64,000 nt of DNA from a virus. The stretch covers positions 2,614 through 66,613 of IMG/VR virus record IMGVR_UViG_3300034159_000041. One strand, written 5' to 3'. Below the pieces are notes generated by a model. That model was not told the DNA's origin. It ran no database searches and saw nothing but the letters and a program-made list of their open reading frames with translations. Below, one piece after another: positions 19,875-28,452 of this stretch; position 1 is the first letter of the stretch, and every line of letters starts with the position of its first letter. The position numbers were made by a program, and so were the translations under genes.

Positions 19875-20381
19875 CTATCCAACGAGCGTCATGTGCGCTT
19901 TGCAATAATCTCGCGTGCGCTCGATCCCGGCTGCCGCCATCGCGTCGGACATCCACGTCGGCGGCTTGCCGCCACGGTATTCACCACGGCCTTCGGGATC
20001 GCGCCACACGCGCCGCTTGCCTCCCGTTGCCGCTGCCCCCTCGGCGGCCTTGCGCGGCTTGCGGGCGCGCTTGGGCGCGCTCTGCGGTTGCGCCGCTGGC
20101 AGCAGCCCAGCCAGCGCGGTGACGACCTCGCGCAACGGGAGAACGCGGGCGTCGGCCCCTTCCTGGACCGCTGCAACGAACTGCGCCATGTCGCGCGATT
20201 GCGCCTCAGCGAGTTGCGCGCGAAGATTCGACGCCCGGTTTTCGGCCTCTTTGATGCCGATGAGCAGGGCTTTCGTGGTCGGGGGAACAGCGGCTTCATC
20301 CTCGTCGTCGGCTTCGCCAAATATCTGGTCGTAAGGGGGGGCGGCTGCGCCTGGCACAGCGTATTGCGCGTAATGGTCCAT
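19875..20381 (-). CDS. H-NS-like nucleoid protein
   Basis: Coiled coil, basic linker and WRDPEGRGEYRGGKPPTWM resembling the H-NS DNA-binding motif. Confidence 0.65.
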   Translation of the reverse strand: MDHYAQYAVPGAAAPPYDQIFGEADDEDEAAVPPTTKALLIGIKEAENRASNLRAQLAEAQSRDMAQFVAAVQEGADARVLPLREVVTALAGLLPAAQPQSAPKRARKPRKAAEGAAATGGKRRVWRDPEGRGEYRGGKPPTWMSDAMAAAGIERTRDYCKAHMTLVG

Positions 20382-20434
20382 TGCATCTATCTCATGTGTG
20401 GTGGTGGAGCGATTAGTATTGCGCCACGAGCGCC

Positions 20435-21013
20435 TTACCGCAACCCTTGCAGTTTCTTTCGCATCATCCTTCCAATCACCACCGTCTCTATCACTGACCA
20501 GCCATACGCGTCCTCGTCGGCGTCGTCCTCGTCTGGCGTCTCGGAGTCCGCGCTGCGCAGCACCGCAACCTGGTCCTCCAGGTCGCTGATCTGCAACTGC
20601 GCCTGGCACAGGTCACGCGCCAGGCGGGAGCAATCCGCCCTGGCCGCGTCGCGCTCCTCGGCGAGCCGCGCGCTGGGCTCGTAGCGGGCCTTCCTTGCGG
20701 TATCGCGCTCAGCTTTCGCAAGAGAAAAAAGTCGCTCCAACCTGACCACTTCGCCGCTGAGGTGGTCGCGCTCCCGAGTCAATTTATCGCACTGCGCGGA
20801 CAGCAGATCGCGAGCGGTGTCGGCCGCGTCTCTTTCTTTTGTGAGCACTTTCGTTGCTTGGCGAGCCGCCTGCACCACCTCGTCTTCGTCCATCCGCACC
20901 AATCCAGAGGAAATGAGCGCGCGGACCAGGCGCCCGATGACCTCGGGGTCGGGCCGGTCGCCCTCGCCCCAGCAGTCGCCGATTAAACTGACCAGCGCGG
21001 CCGTGTCTTTCAT
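20435..21013 (-). CDS. Coiled-coil hypothetical protein
   Basis: Repeated ERD heptads; ATGA coupling. Confidence 0.6.
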   Translation of the reverse strand: MKDTAALVSLIGDCWGEGDRPDPEVIGRLVRALISSGLVRMDEDEVVQAARQATKVLTKERDAADTARDLLSAQCDKLTRERDHLSGEVVRLERLFSLAKAERDTARKARYEPSARLAEERDAARADCSRLARDLCQAQLQISDLEDQVAVLRSADSETPDEDDADEDAYGWSVIETVVIGRMMRKKLQGLR

Positions 21014-21177
21014 CGCGTCCGCCGCCCGTCGTCGCGACTGCCCCAGCGTGCCGCGTCGAGCAATTCGAGCCGTCTGCGGTGTCGACTTTTCGCCGTGTGA
21101 CGGGCAACCAGCCACGCGAGGGCCACCACGACCATGCTTCCGACCAACAGGAACAAAGCGAAGTGTGAGAACTCCAT
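21010..21177 (-). CDS. Small membrane protein
   Basis: MEFSHFALFLLVGSMVVVALAWLV then basic tail. Confidence 0.5.
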   Translation of the reverse strand: MEFSHFALFLLVGSMVVVALAWLVARHTAKSRHRRRLELLDAARWGSRDDGRRTR

Positions 21178-21184
21178 CGCGATC

Positions 21185-21637
21185 CTACCCTTGGAGAAGT
21201 TGTTGAAGAACCTTAATTGCGCTGAGATCGCGCACCTGTGCCGACGTGAAGACCAGGACCCGCCAGCCAACGGCCGTCGCCAAATTTGCCTTTTCACAGT
21301 CGCGACGCATCCCGGCCGCGGTTTGGTGTCCGCCCATCCGGCCCCCTAACCCAAGCCCCTGGACCTCGACCCCAATACGGACCTGCGGCCACGCGAAGTC
21401 CAGACGAAATTTCCTGTCCGGGTGGAAACAGAACTCACGCACCGGCACCGGCAACCCTTCTGCCCGGATATGCAGCGCGAGGGTTTCCTCGGCGCGGCTC
21501 TTGGGCTGAGGGGCCTTGACCGTGGGCTTGGGCTTGGGGTCCGCGCCGGGGGCCTGGAAGCGCCGGCTGGCTTCCAGCGCCTTGGGGTCTGCGGCCGGCT
21601 TGCGCTGGAACGCGGCTGGTCGGCGTTGGTAAGTCAT
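21185..21637 (-). CDS. PD-(D/E)XK nuclease (DUF559/Vsr-like)
   Basis: EFCFHPDRKFRLDFAWP, VEVQG, DCEKANLA..GWRVL. Confidence 0.85.
   Translation of the reverse strand: MTYQRRPAAFQRKPAADPKALEASRRFQAPGADPKPKPTVKAPQPKSRAEETLALHIRAEGLPVPVREFCFHPDRKFRLDFAWPQVRIGVEVQGLGLGGRMGGHQTAAGMRRDCEKANLATAVGWRVLVFTSAQVRDLSAIKVLQQLLQG
21533..21581. repeat. 49-bp direct repeat, copy 1 (copy 2 at 24733-24781)
   Basis: 4 mismatches; both copies encode ALEASRRFQAPGADPK. Confidence 0.9.
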
Positions 21638-21640
21638 CAA

Positions 21641-21871
21641 TCAGCCGCCATTGCCTGCTTCCCCGTCGTCCAGCCCCAACGCATCCAGCAGCACGACGAT
21701 TTCCGCCATCTGCACCGGCGGCCACTCGTGGGGCAGGTAGGCGTTTTGCATCCGTCTGAGCCGCCGCACGATGGCGAGCAATGAGTCATCGTCCTCCTGA
21801 TCCGGGGCCTGACCAGGGAGCGGGAAGCCGAAGTCGTTACGGGAATCGGTGGCGGCGGTGGTATTTGGCAT
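21641..21871 (-). CDS. Hypothetical protein
   Basis: AGGA RBS, 76 aa. Confidence 0.5.
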   Translation of the reverse strand: MPNTTAATDSRNDFGFPLPGQAPDQEDDDSLLAIVRRLRRMQNAYLPHEWPPVQMAEIVVLLDALGLDDGEAGNGG

Positions 21872-21899
21872 TGGTCAAAGTCCTGCTGGTTAAATGCTG

Positions 21900-22100
21900 T
21901 TAGGCGGCTTCTGGTTTGCTCCAGGTCTTGGCGCGACACGTATCACACCATCCCACGGCTTGCACGAGATGGGGCTTGCTCTTGTCGGTCGCCCCTGACG
22001 CTTGAATCAGCCTCATGACTGCTCCACACCATTCACAGTGCCATTGCCTAGCCTTCGATTCAAAACCGATTGGTGCCACGGGCGTTTTACTGGTTTGCAT
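21900..22100 (-). CDS. Zn-ribbon protein
   Basis: CEWC and CDTC pairs. Confidence 0.5.
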   Translation of the reverse strand: MQTSKTPVAPIGFESKARQWHCEWCGAVMRLIQASGATDKSKPHLVQAVGWCDTCRAKTWSKPEAA

Positions 22101-22108
22101 TGTTGAGC

Positions 22109-22477
22109 CTACAATGGATTGCCGTTTAGGCCATGCTGCTGTAGACACGCCACGGCTACGGCTGCTATTTGAAGAACCTCGGCCAGCGCACTATCGCGGC
22201 CTTCCGCGTTCATGATCCATCCGGATTTCGCTTCATCAAGTTCCTTCTCCAGCACCAGCAGATACCCGGCGATGGATTGCTGTTTCGTGCTGAGCGGCCC
22301 CCATTTTTCATCCTGGTGCGCGCGCTCTGCCACAATCGCGGTAAGCACCTGATCGAATTTCCATGCCTCTTCGATCAATACTTTACAGTTTCCAAACGCA
22401 ACCTCGTCCAGCAGGACCGCGAGGCGCAGTCCCAATTGGTGCAAGGGGTGGCCGATCGGGGGCGTGGTGTCGCTCAT
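22109..22477 (-). CDS. MazG-like nucleotide pyrophosphohydrolase fold protein
   Basis: ERAHQDEKWG, EKELDEA, EVLQIAAVAVA. Confidence 0.7.
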   Translation of the reverse strand: MSDTTPPIGHPLHQLGLRLAVLLDEVAFGNCKVLIEEAWKFDQVLTAIVAERAHQDEKWGPLSTKQQSIAGYLLVLEKELDEAKSGWIMNAEGRDSALAEVLQIAAVAVACLQQHGLNGNPL

Positions 22478-22863
22478 TGCGGAGTCTGCGGCGGCTGCTG
22501 CGCCTGATACAGCCGCTCAGCCAGCAGGAACCCGAACATGGGCCATGCTTGATCGATAGCATCCTGACGGGCCATCTTACGGCCAAGCTCGGCATTGTGA
22601 TTATCCTTATGCACCAATGAGGTGTTGGCGCCGACCAGCACGATGCCGTTGCGCAGGACAATGGTGCAAATCGTCACGCGATTCAGTTTTGACTCATATG
22701 CGAAAATATCCTCTTGGCGATCGCGGTGTTCTGCGGTGATTCCCTGTCCTGCGGTGAAGTAATACTCACCTTGGATCGCCGCCTCAATGTCGGCCAGCGT
22801 CACCCGCGGCGCCACGTCAGCGCCCGCGGCCTGGATGTCGTTCTCGATGTCTTGGTCGGTCAT
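22474..22863 (-). CDS. Phage Gp49_66 family protein
   Basis: APRVT..DIEA, TICTIVLRNG, AELGRKMARQDA...W...GFLL. Confidence 0.85.
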   Translation of the reverse strand: MTDQDIENDIQAAGADVAPRVTLADIEAAIQGEYYFTAGQGITAEHRDRQEDIFAYESKLNRVTICTIVLRNGIVLVGANTSLVHKDNHNAELGRKMARQDAIDQAWPMFGFLLAERLYQAQQPPQTPQ

Positions 22864-22867
22864 GCTT

Positions 22868-23200
22868 TCACTCTCTCTCTCGGTTGTGGTGGAACTGTTT
22901 ACCAAGCGAATCCTGGTGTTCAACCGGCCGAACCTCGCTCTCCCAACGGCGGAGAAATGACGCTTCGCTGTCGTCATCGGATACCAGCCAGTCGATGCGC
23001 TGGACCATCTCGGACCCGCGCTTGAGCCAATGGACGGTTTCTCTGAACTTGGCGATGGTTTCGGCGCAGTAGCCGCGGCCGATAGGGTCGCCCCGCTCAT
23101 TTAGTTCGTCGCTGTCGTTGGTAGCAACAAGAAACATTTCGATCTGGTTTGCAATGTCGTCCAGCTTGTGCTGGTGGTAATCGAAGTATCCGCCGCTAAT
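22868..23200 (-). CDS. Conserved phage hypothetical protein (ATT start proposed)
   Basis: GGAGGT then ATT AGC GGC GGA TAC TTC GAT TAC (SGGYFDY); RIDWLVSDDD motif. Confidence 0.6.
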   Translation of the reverse strand: MSGGYFDYHQHKLDDIANQIEMFLVATNDSDELNERGDPIGRGYCAETIAKFRETVHWLKRGSEMVQRIDWLVSDDDSEASFLRRWESEVRPVEHQDSLGKQFHHNRERE

Positions 23201-23272
23201 TTTACACCTCCGACTTTGTTGGTTCGGATATTGATCTGTTGCGGTTGAAGGGCGGCAGGTTCGCGCCAGCCC

Positions 23273-23458
23273 TCAAGGTCTGGCGCCCAGGCCGGCAAGC
23301 TCGTCGGCCGCGAACTCCTGCTCCAAGCGGGACGCCTCGCGGATATCTTCGATCCGCCGCCGCACGATCCCGGAGCGCAGGGCCTCGGGGTGACAACCGC
23401 CGCGGCTCTCAGGAGGCGCTGGGAGGCTTGTCGGCGCGGCGGGCGCTTGGCGGCTCAC
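23273..23458 (-). CDS. Hypothetical protein
   Basis: GTGA overlap; RRRIEDIRE motif. Confidence 0.45.
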   Translation of the reverse strand: MSRQAPAAPTSLPAPPESRGGCHPEALRSGIVRRRIEDIREASRLEQEFAADELAGLGARP

Positions 23459-24324
23459 AGTCCGCACCCCCCAGCGCAGTAGACCGCATCCTCCAGGTCC
23501 AGGGTGTCCTGCCCTTCGCCCAGCGGCACGGCGTCAAGCGGGCGCAACGAGCGATGCAGATAGGCCGCCCCCCGCATCCCCGTCGTGGCCCGGATGGCGG
23601 TGTCGAACTCGACCACCTGGGTCCACTCATCGGGGCGGTTGCGTTTCATCTCGCCCCATTCGCGATCCGAGCGATTGGGGCACCCCAGACACGCGCTTTT
23701 GCCAAGCGCGTGATGCGGATAGTGCCGCTCCCACCAGGCTTGACAGTCCGACCGTGACATTTTCAGTGGGGCGATGAGCGGGAACACGTTATCGACCCAC
23801 CGATCCCGGCTCGGGGCGGCCCGGCGCGCCTCGTCGGTACTGATGCCGATCCAGACTTCACAGGATGCCTCGGGGATGCGCTGGCGCGACTGATAGCCCA
23901 GCAGTTCGCGTTGCTTGGCGCGCAGCGGGGCGAGCTTGTATTCGGCGGTGCATTGCCGGCGAATGCGGCCCTCGACCGGTCCGCCCGTGTCAACGAACAG
24001 GGGCATCGTGGCATAGCGCCCGGTGCGCCCAACCAAATCGGCGACCTTGACGTTCTCGCCGGAGTCGGCCGTGCGGGCAATCATCATGTCCTCGCGGATG
24101 TTGCCGGCGGTGACCCGGTGAAACGGGATGCCGGCTTTCTCGCACTTGCGCTCGCACCACGCGACATGATTCATCGTGCGCTCGCCGTCCCATCCGGTAT
24201 CGGCAAACAGCACATGGTCCGGGCGCTCCAACTCGTCGTGGATCGCCAGCAGGAGCATGACGCTCGACTGGACCCCGCCGCCTAAAGACAAAAATTTCAT
24301 TGTGTGGCTCATTGTGTGGCTCAT
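23455..24324 (-). CDS. PAPS-reductase-like (adenine nucleotide alpha-hydrolase) protein
   Basis: PP-loop LSLGGGVQSS, FADTGWD, RQCTAEYK, IGISTDE, KSACLGCP, terminal CAGGCGL. Confidence 0.85.
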   Translation of the reverse strand: MSHTMSHTMKFLSLGGGVQSSVMLLLAIHDELERPDHVLFADTGWDGERTMNHVAWCERKCEKAGIPFHRVTAGNIREDMMIARTADSGENVKVADLVGRTGRYATMPLFVDTGGPVEGRIRRQCTAEYKLAPLRAKQRELLGYQSRQRIPEASCEVWIGISTDEARRAAPSRDRWVDNVFPLIAPLKMSRSDCQAWWERHYPHHALGKSACLGCPNRSDREWGEMKRNRPDEWTQVVEFDTAIRATTGMRGAAYLHRSLRPLDAVPLGEGQDTLDLEDAVYCAGGCGL

Positions 24325-24548
24325 GGTGCGAACCGCTCGCGCAGGGCGTCGAGTTGCTCTTGCGTCAGCGGGATGCCCCAGCCCCGCGCCCCAAGCACGT
24401 ACCCCTTGGCACGCAACTGCTCCGGCGTCAGGCAGGAGCGGCCGTAGTGCGGATGCGCCGCGGTGTGCGACCCAACGCGGTGCGCGTCGAACCCGGACAG
24501 CGCCGTAAATTTCTCTTTGCAGGCTGGGCAGCCCCACGGTTCGGTCAT
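24321..24548 (-). CDS. FDXHR-type zinc-binding phage protein
   Basis: CPAC...FDAHR...C. Confidence 0.75.
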   Translation of the reverse strand: MTEPWGCPACKEKFTALSGFDAHRVGSHTAAHPHYGRSCLTPEQLRAKGYVLGARGWGIPLTQEQLDALRERFAP

Positions 24549-24678
24549 GATGCGCCTCTGTGAGCTTTTGCATGTGCCTTTTCAGGCTACCACGCGCCAG
24601 GTTGGTAGGCTACCCGCCATACCGCCCTCTCAGCGCGGCTACGACGAACGCCAGGGACTATCACGGCGGGTCGGCGCC

Positions 24679-24840
24679 TCATGGCGTGCCCTCATCGGCG
24701 CGACGTGGGGGCCTTGGAGTCTTGGGACTTGCCTTGGGGTCCGCACCGGGAGCCTGGAAGCGCCTGCTGGCTTCCAGTGCCCGCGGGTCGGGTGCAGGCT
24801 GGATCTTCGGGCGCCGCTTCCAGGGGGGTAGGCGCTTCAT
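24679..24840 (-). CDS. Short basic protein/remnant paralogous to the nuclease N-terminus
   Basis: ATGA overlap; contains the repeated ALEASRRFQAPGADPK. Confidence 0.45.
   Translation of the reverse strand: MKRLPPWKRRPKIQPAPDPRALEASRRFQAPGADPKASPKTPRPPRRADEGTP
24733..24781. repeat. 49-bp direct repeat, copy 2
   Basis: Matches 21533-21581. Confidence 0.9.
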
Positions 24841-25088
24841 GGCGCCGGGTCCTCTGCCGCGACCCCCCAAATCTCCCAACGTCGCGGAGCAACCTCTGTG
24901 ACCCCGCGGCAGCGACGTAACATGCGCCCGGCGACGCCCGAGCCGACGTGCATCGTCTGCCCCTGGGTATTACTGCGCCGACTGTCTGGCCACATCTCCT
25001 CGGCCACCGTGCCCGCAGAGACGACGCGCTGCCCGCGGCGATACAGCCGCCGCAGCACGTCAGTGAGGCGCTGCTGCGGGTCGCTCAC
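24837..25088 (-). CDS. Hypothetical (winged-helix-like) protein
   Basis: Coupled ORF of 83 aa. Confidence 0.5.
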   Translation of the reverse strand: MSDPQQRLTDVLRRLYRRGQRVVSAGTVAEEMWPDSRRSNTQGQTMHVGSGVAGRMLRRCRGVTEVAPRRWEIWGVAAEDPAP

Positions 25089-25333
25089 GGCGCCCCCTCG
25101 GCATCCAGGTCGGCCGACAGTTCGGCTGGATCGGGGGGCGGCACAGGACGCTGTAGGAGGCCACCTGGAGCCGTGGCGCGCGGCGGGGTGTCTCGCTCAG
25201 GGGTTGGGCACGCAATGGCGTCTACGGGGCTGCCAGGGGCGCGCAGCGCGCGGCAGCGGATGGCGCGCAGCATGGCCGCGACATCGCGCGAGTTCAGGGG
25301 CGCCCAATCGGGGGTTGGCGGGAGGCGGGTCAA
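25085..25333 (-). CDS. Hypothetical protein
   Basis: TTGA and GTGA overlaps with neighbours. Confidence 0.4.
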   Translation of the reverse strand: MTRLPPTPDWAPLNSRDVAAMLRAIRCRALRAPGSPVDAIACPTPERDTPPRATAPGGLLQRPVPPPDPAELSADLDAEGAP

Positions 25334-25623
25334 GCTTGCTCGCCCTCGTCCTCGTCCTGGGGCACGTCGGGAATCCGGTCCCACTGCCACCCACGTACAG
25401 CCCATCTCAACATCCACAGCGAGCCGTCGTCGCACAGGACTTTGGTATCGGTCGTGCCGTCGCCATCGGGCGCAATGGCAATGGGCTTGCGGGCTGCTGG
25501 TGGCCGATTGCTTGCGCTGGTGATCCCTTCCATCGTCACGTCGACCTTGCCTTTCATCGCGCACTCCTGATCGCGCGCTCTGATCGCTTCGGGAGACCAG
25601 TAATCATCCTCAGCAATGCTCAT
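25330..25623 (-). CDS. Hypothetical protein
   Basis: LCDDGSLW...W..IPDVPQ motif; ATGA coupling. Confidence 0.6.
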   Translation of the reverse strand: MSIAEDDYWSPEAIRARDQECAMKGKVDVTMEGITSASNRPPAARKPIAIAPDGDGTTDTKVLCDDGSLWMLRWAVRGWQWDRIPDVPQDEDEGEQA

Positions 25624-25802
25624 GCTTTGCGCCTCTCGTTGGTTGCAATCATCCGCTCGACCGCCCCCGGCTGCGGGTTCGGCGGCGGCGCCGGGTTCAG
25701 AAACAGGGCCGGGTTTTTTCCGTTGGCCTCGCACCAGGCGCGGATGGTGGCCGGGGTCCATTCCCGTGGGCCGCTTCGTTCAAAGTTCCGTGGCTCGCTC
25801 AT
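25620..25802 (-). CDS. Hypothetical protein
   Basis: ATGA coupling on both sides. Confidence 0.5.
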   Translation of the reverse strand: MSEPRNFERSGPREWTPATIRAWCEANGKNPALFLNPAPPPNPQPGAVERMIATNERRKA

Positions 25803-26047
25803 GGCTGGACTTCCTGCTGGCTCGCGTAGATCGAACCGGCCTGGCCTGGTGCGTTTGATCCGGTGCAATCGAAATCATGATCGCTGGCCTTGGGGCAGCG
25901 CTTATTCCCGCAGATCGGACAGAGGCGCATCCTGCAATCCTCACCCCATGCCAGCACATCGCCTTTCGCCAGGGCGTCATCCTGGCGCGCGCTGGCGCAT
26001 TTGTGGCAGTCGCAAGGCGCGGGGGTCGGCTCGGGGGTGGGGGTCAT
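25799..26047 (-). CDS. Cys-rich zinc-binding phage protein
   Basis: CDCHKC, CPICGNKRCPKA..H...CTGSN. Confidence 0.7.
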   Translation of the reverse strand: MTPTPEPTPAPCDCHKCASARQDDALAKGDVLAWGEDCRMRLCPICGNKRCPKASDHDFDCTGSNAPGQAGSIYASQQEVQP

Positions 26048-26649
26048 GCGGCGGCCTCCTGCGGGGTCGGGTTGGTCGCTGGCACCTCAATGGCGAGGTG
26101 ACGGCAGGAGGCCACGAAGCGCGCCTCCATCGCGGGGGTCCAGGTGGTGTTGCTGACATTGCGCGGGGAGCGGGTCACGCTCGCGGCGGTTGGGTCTTTG
26201 CCGGACAACTGGTCGTGCAGGGCGGCCAGGTGACGCAGACCGACCGCCTTGCGATCCCCCCAGGTACTGCGCTCCAGGAGCCCCGCCTTGTCGCGCTCGG
26301 CCCGCTCGGCATACGCGCGCTGCTCGGGGGTGCTGCCGCCCTCGCACGCTGAGCGGAACTCGGCGATGCTCGGGGGCCAGGCCATCGTCGTGCGACAGCG
26401 GTCAATCCCGGTCTTGATCTGCTCCCCGGTCAGCCCCGCGATCCCCTCCGCCCACTCGCCCGCCAGTACCCGGTACTGGATGCCGTCAATCGACTCGGCC
26501 CACTTCGCCCCCCAGATCGCGTGAAACTTGAGCAAGAGCGCTGCGACCCACTTACTCGGCACCGTTGCGACAGGCTCGCTCGAACTCCTCGTAGAGCTTG
26601 CTCCCAACCCGTGCAGTGCGGTCGCCGCGTGATTCGTGATGTGATCCAT
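26044..26649 (-). CDS. Lambda P-like replication protein/helicase loader
   Basis: EWAEG..GLT.EQI..G..RC...WPPSIAEFR; follows the initiator. Confidence 0.7.
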   Translation of the reverse strand: MDHITNHAATALHGLGASSTRSSSEPVATVPSKWVAALLLKFHAIWGAKWAESIDGIQYRVLAGEWAEGIAGLTGEQIKTGIDRCRTTMAWPPSIAEFRSACEGGSTPEQRAYAERAERDKAGLLERSTWGDRKAVGLRHLAALHDQLSGKDPTAASVTRSPRNVSNTTWTPAMEARFVASCRHLAIEVPATNPTPQEAAA

Positions 26650-27697
26650 TGCCGTTGCCTCCGGGGGCGGGTTGATTGAGTGGGAACAGACCAGCCCATC
26701 CCGAGCGGACGGACTTCTCAACGATGGCGACCTGATCCTGCGGCGGCTGTCCTGACAGGACTTTGGCGTTGAGTCGCATCGTGTCAGGGGTCCAATCCCT
26801 GGGCTTGACGCTGCCGCGGTGCCGGTCGAACAGGCTCCAGGCGTCCGGGTCCACGTCGGCGGGCAGCACGAAGGGGTCTTGCTGTCGCTTCCCGCGACGT
26901 GGGCGCGCATCGGCAGGCGGGTCCGCAACGGGGGGCTTAGGGGGTTCTCCCCCTTCTGCATGGCTGTGGATCTGGATGGCAGGCGTTAAGCAGGCATCCA
27001 AGCAGGCATCAGACGCCTGGTTAAGCAGGCGTTCAAGCAGGCGTTTTTTCCAGCCATCAGGGCGCAAGTCTTTAGTATTCGGACCTTTACTTGAATTACA
27101 CTTACTGCATAGTGGCTGAATGTTGTCTATTCCATCACTACCACCTAGGAATATGGGTAATATGTGATCTTTGACCAGAAAAATGCCTCCCAGGCGTTCA
27201 ACGCCCGGCGTTCCGCACATCACGCAGCGCGCCCCGCAGATATCGACCAGCGTCACCCACTCGACCGCCGTGTGCGTGCCCTTCTTGCGCGCCTCGCTCA
27301 ACCGCTGGGAGCGCGTCGGGCGCAGGTCTTTCTCCTGCGCTTCGCCGCCCCACTTGCCGGCCGCGCCCTTGATGCCACGGTCGATCTTTGCGGTTTGCGC
27401 CGTCTCTGCCCATTCCATCTCGCGTTCCGCGCGAAAGTGCCTGAACAGCAGGCCATGCTCAGGGTCATCAAACGGCTTGAAATACTCGTGCAGGACGGTC
27501 TTGATCGCCGCCTGCTCACTCGCACTCATCGCGTGACAGATTCGATAAACCTTTTCCATGTCCCCCGGCAACGGCCGCCCGTGCTGATAGACGAACTCCA
27601 GCAGCCGCATGTACGCACCGAGTTGCATCAGGTCCAGATGTGACGTGTCAGCGATCCAGTCGGACCAGAAAAACCTGACGTAAGGGGTCTTTTTCAT
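26552..27697 (-). CDS. DUF1376/YdaU replication initiator with internal HNH domain
   Basis: SDWIADTSHL...GAYMRLL N-terminus; CVMC...KDHILP..GG...NIQPLCSKCNSSKG; GWAGLF C-terminus. Confidence 0.82.
   Translation of the reverse strand: MKKTPYVRFFWSDWIADTSHLDLMQLGAYMRLLEFVYQHGRPLPGDMEKVYRICHAMSASEQAAIKTVLHEYFKPFDDPEHGLLFRHFRAEREMEWAETAQTAKIDRGIKGAAGKWGGEAQEKDLRPTRSQRLSEARKKGTHTAVEWVTLVDICGARCVMCGTPGVERLGGIFLVKDHILPIFLGGSDGIDNIQPLCSKCNSSKGPNTKDLRPDGWKKRLLERLLNQASDACLDACLTPAIQIHSHAEGGEPPKPPVADPPADARPRRGKRQQDPFVLPADVDPDAWSLFDRHRGSVKPRDWTPDTMRLNAKVLSGQPPQDQVAIVEKSVRSGWAGLFPLNQPAPGGNGNGSHHESRGDRTARVGSKLYEEFERACRNGAE
26978..27049. repeat. Intragenic origin-like repeats AAGCAGGC x4
   Basis: Copies at 26988, 27000, 27023 and 27035 inside the initiator gene, as in lambdoid ori. 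Confidence 0.6.
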
Positions 27698-27999
27698 GTT
27701 CTGCCACCGTCGTGAACATGGCAGTACATCCCGCTATCGTATTTTTCCTTCCATGTTCCAACCGATTGGTCTGGGGGATTGCATAAACGCTTGCATCGAC
27801 GCCCTTTTGCCGTCAACTCCGCGCACCTGACGCGCCCCTCCTGCTCCACATAAACCGCGTGGTCTGCTTCAGACAAACCAAGCAGGCTCGCTTCAAACTG
27901 TTGCGGATTCGCCAGATACTGCGTCAACGCTTCAAGCGGTTCGACAAATGATTGAGCCCCGCCAGGAACTGCGACCTCGATCACTAAATAGGCGCTCAT
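27694..27999 (-). CDS. Zinc-binding hypothetical protein
   Basis: C...TAKGRRCK...YCHVH motif; ATGA overlap with initiator. Confidence 0.6.
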   Translation of the reverse strand: MSAYLVIEVAVPGGAQSFVEPLEALTQYLANPQQFEASLLGLSEADHAVYVEQEGRVRCAELTAKGRRCKRLCNPPDQSVGTWKEKYDSGMYCHVHDGGRT

Positions 28000-28230
28000 G
28001 TCGGCGCCCCCGTGCAAAACCTGAAAAGATGCGGTAAACTTGCTGTCAGCATTGATCGATACCTTGAATATCGGTTGGTGATACCCGGCCCGGTGCTCCA
28101 ACACCTGGCCGGTTTTTTTATGTCTGCGATTCCCGTCTGCGCCGTTTTGGTGCGTACCTCTTTGGGTCTTGCTTTGCGCGACTGGATGATTTAGTGTACT
28201 TTGTGCGTTATACAAATACAAGGTGAAGTC

Positions 28231-28452
28231 ATGCCAAAGCCCGCTAAAATCCTCCTGACCGTCCGTGTGGAATCCACCTTGAAAGAACGCCTTATGTCCC
28301 GTGCCGACACCGAAAACCGCACGCTGTCGAACCTCGTGGACACCGCCTTGCGGACGTACTTGGGTGAGGGTGCGATCCAGCCACGAGCCCCCCGCCGCCC
28401 GCGCGCCCCGGCAGCCAGTAGCGAGTCGCAGGCGCTGGTCGGGCTCGGCTAG
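28231..28452 (+). CDS. Ribbon-helix-helix DNA-binding protein
   Basis: LTVRVESTLKERL..RA...NRTLSNLV..AL; AAGGTG RBS. Confidence 0.65.
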   Translation: MPKPAKILLTVRVESTLKERLMSRADTENRTLSNLVDTALRTYLGEGAIQPRAPRRPRAPAASSESQALVGLG

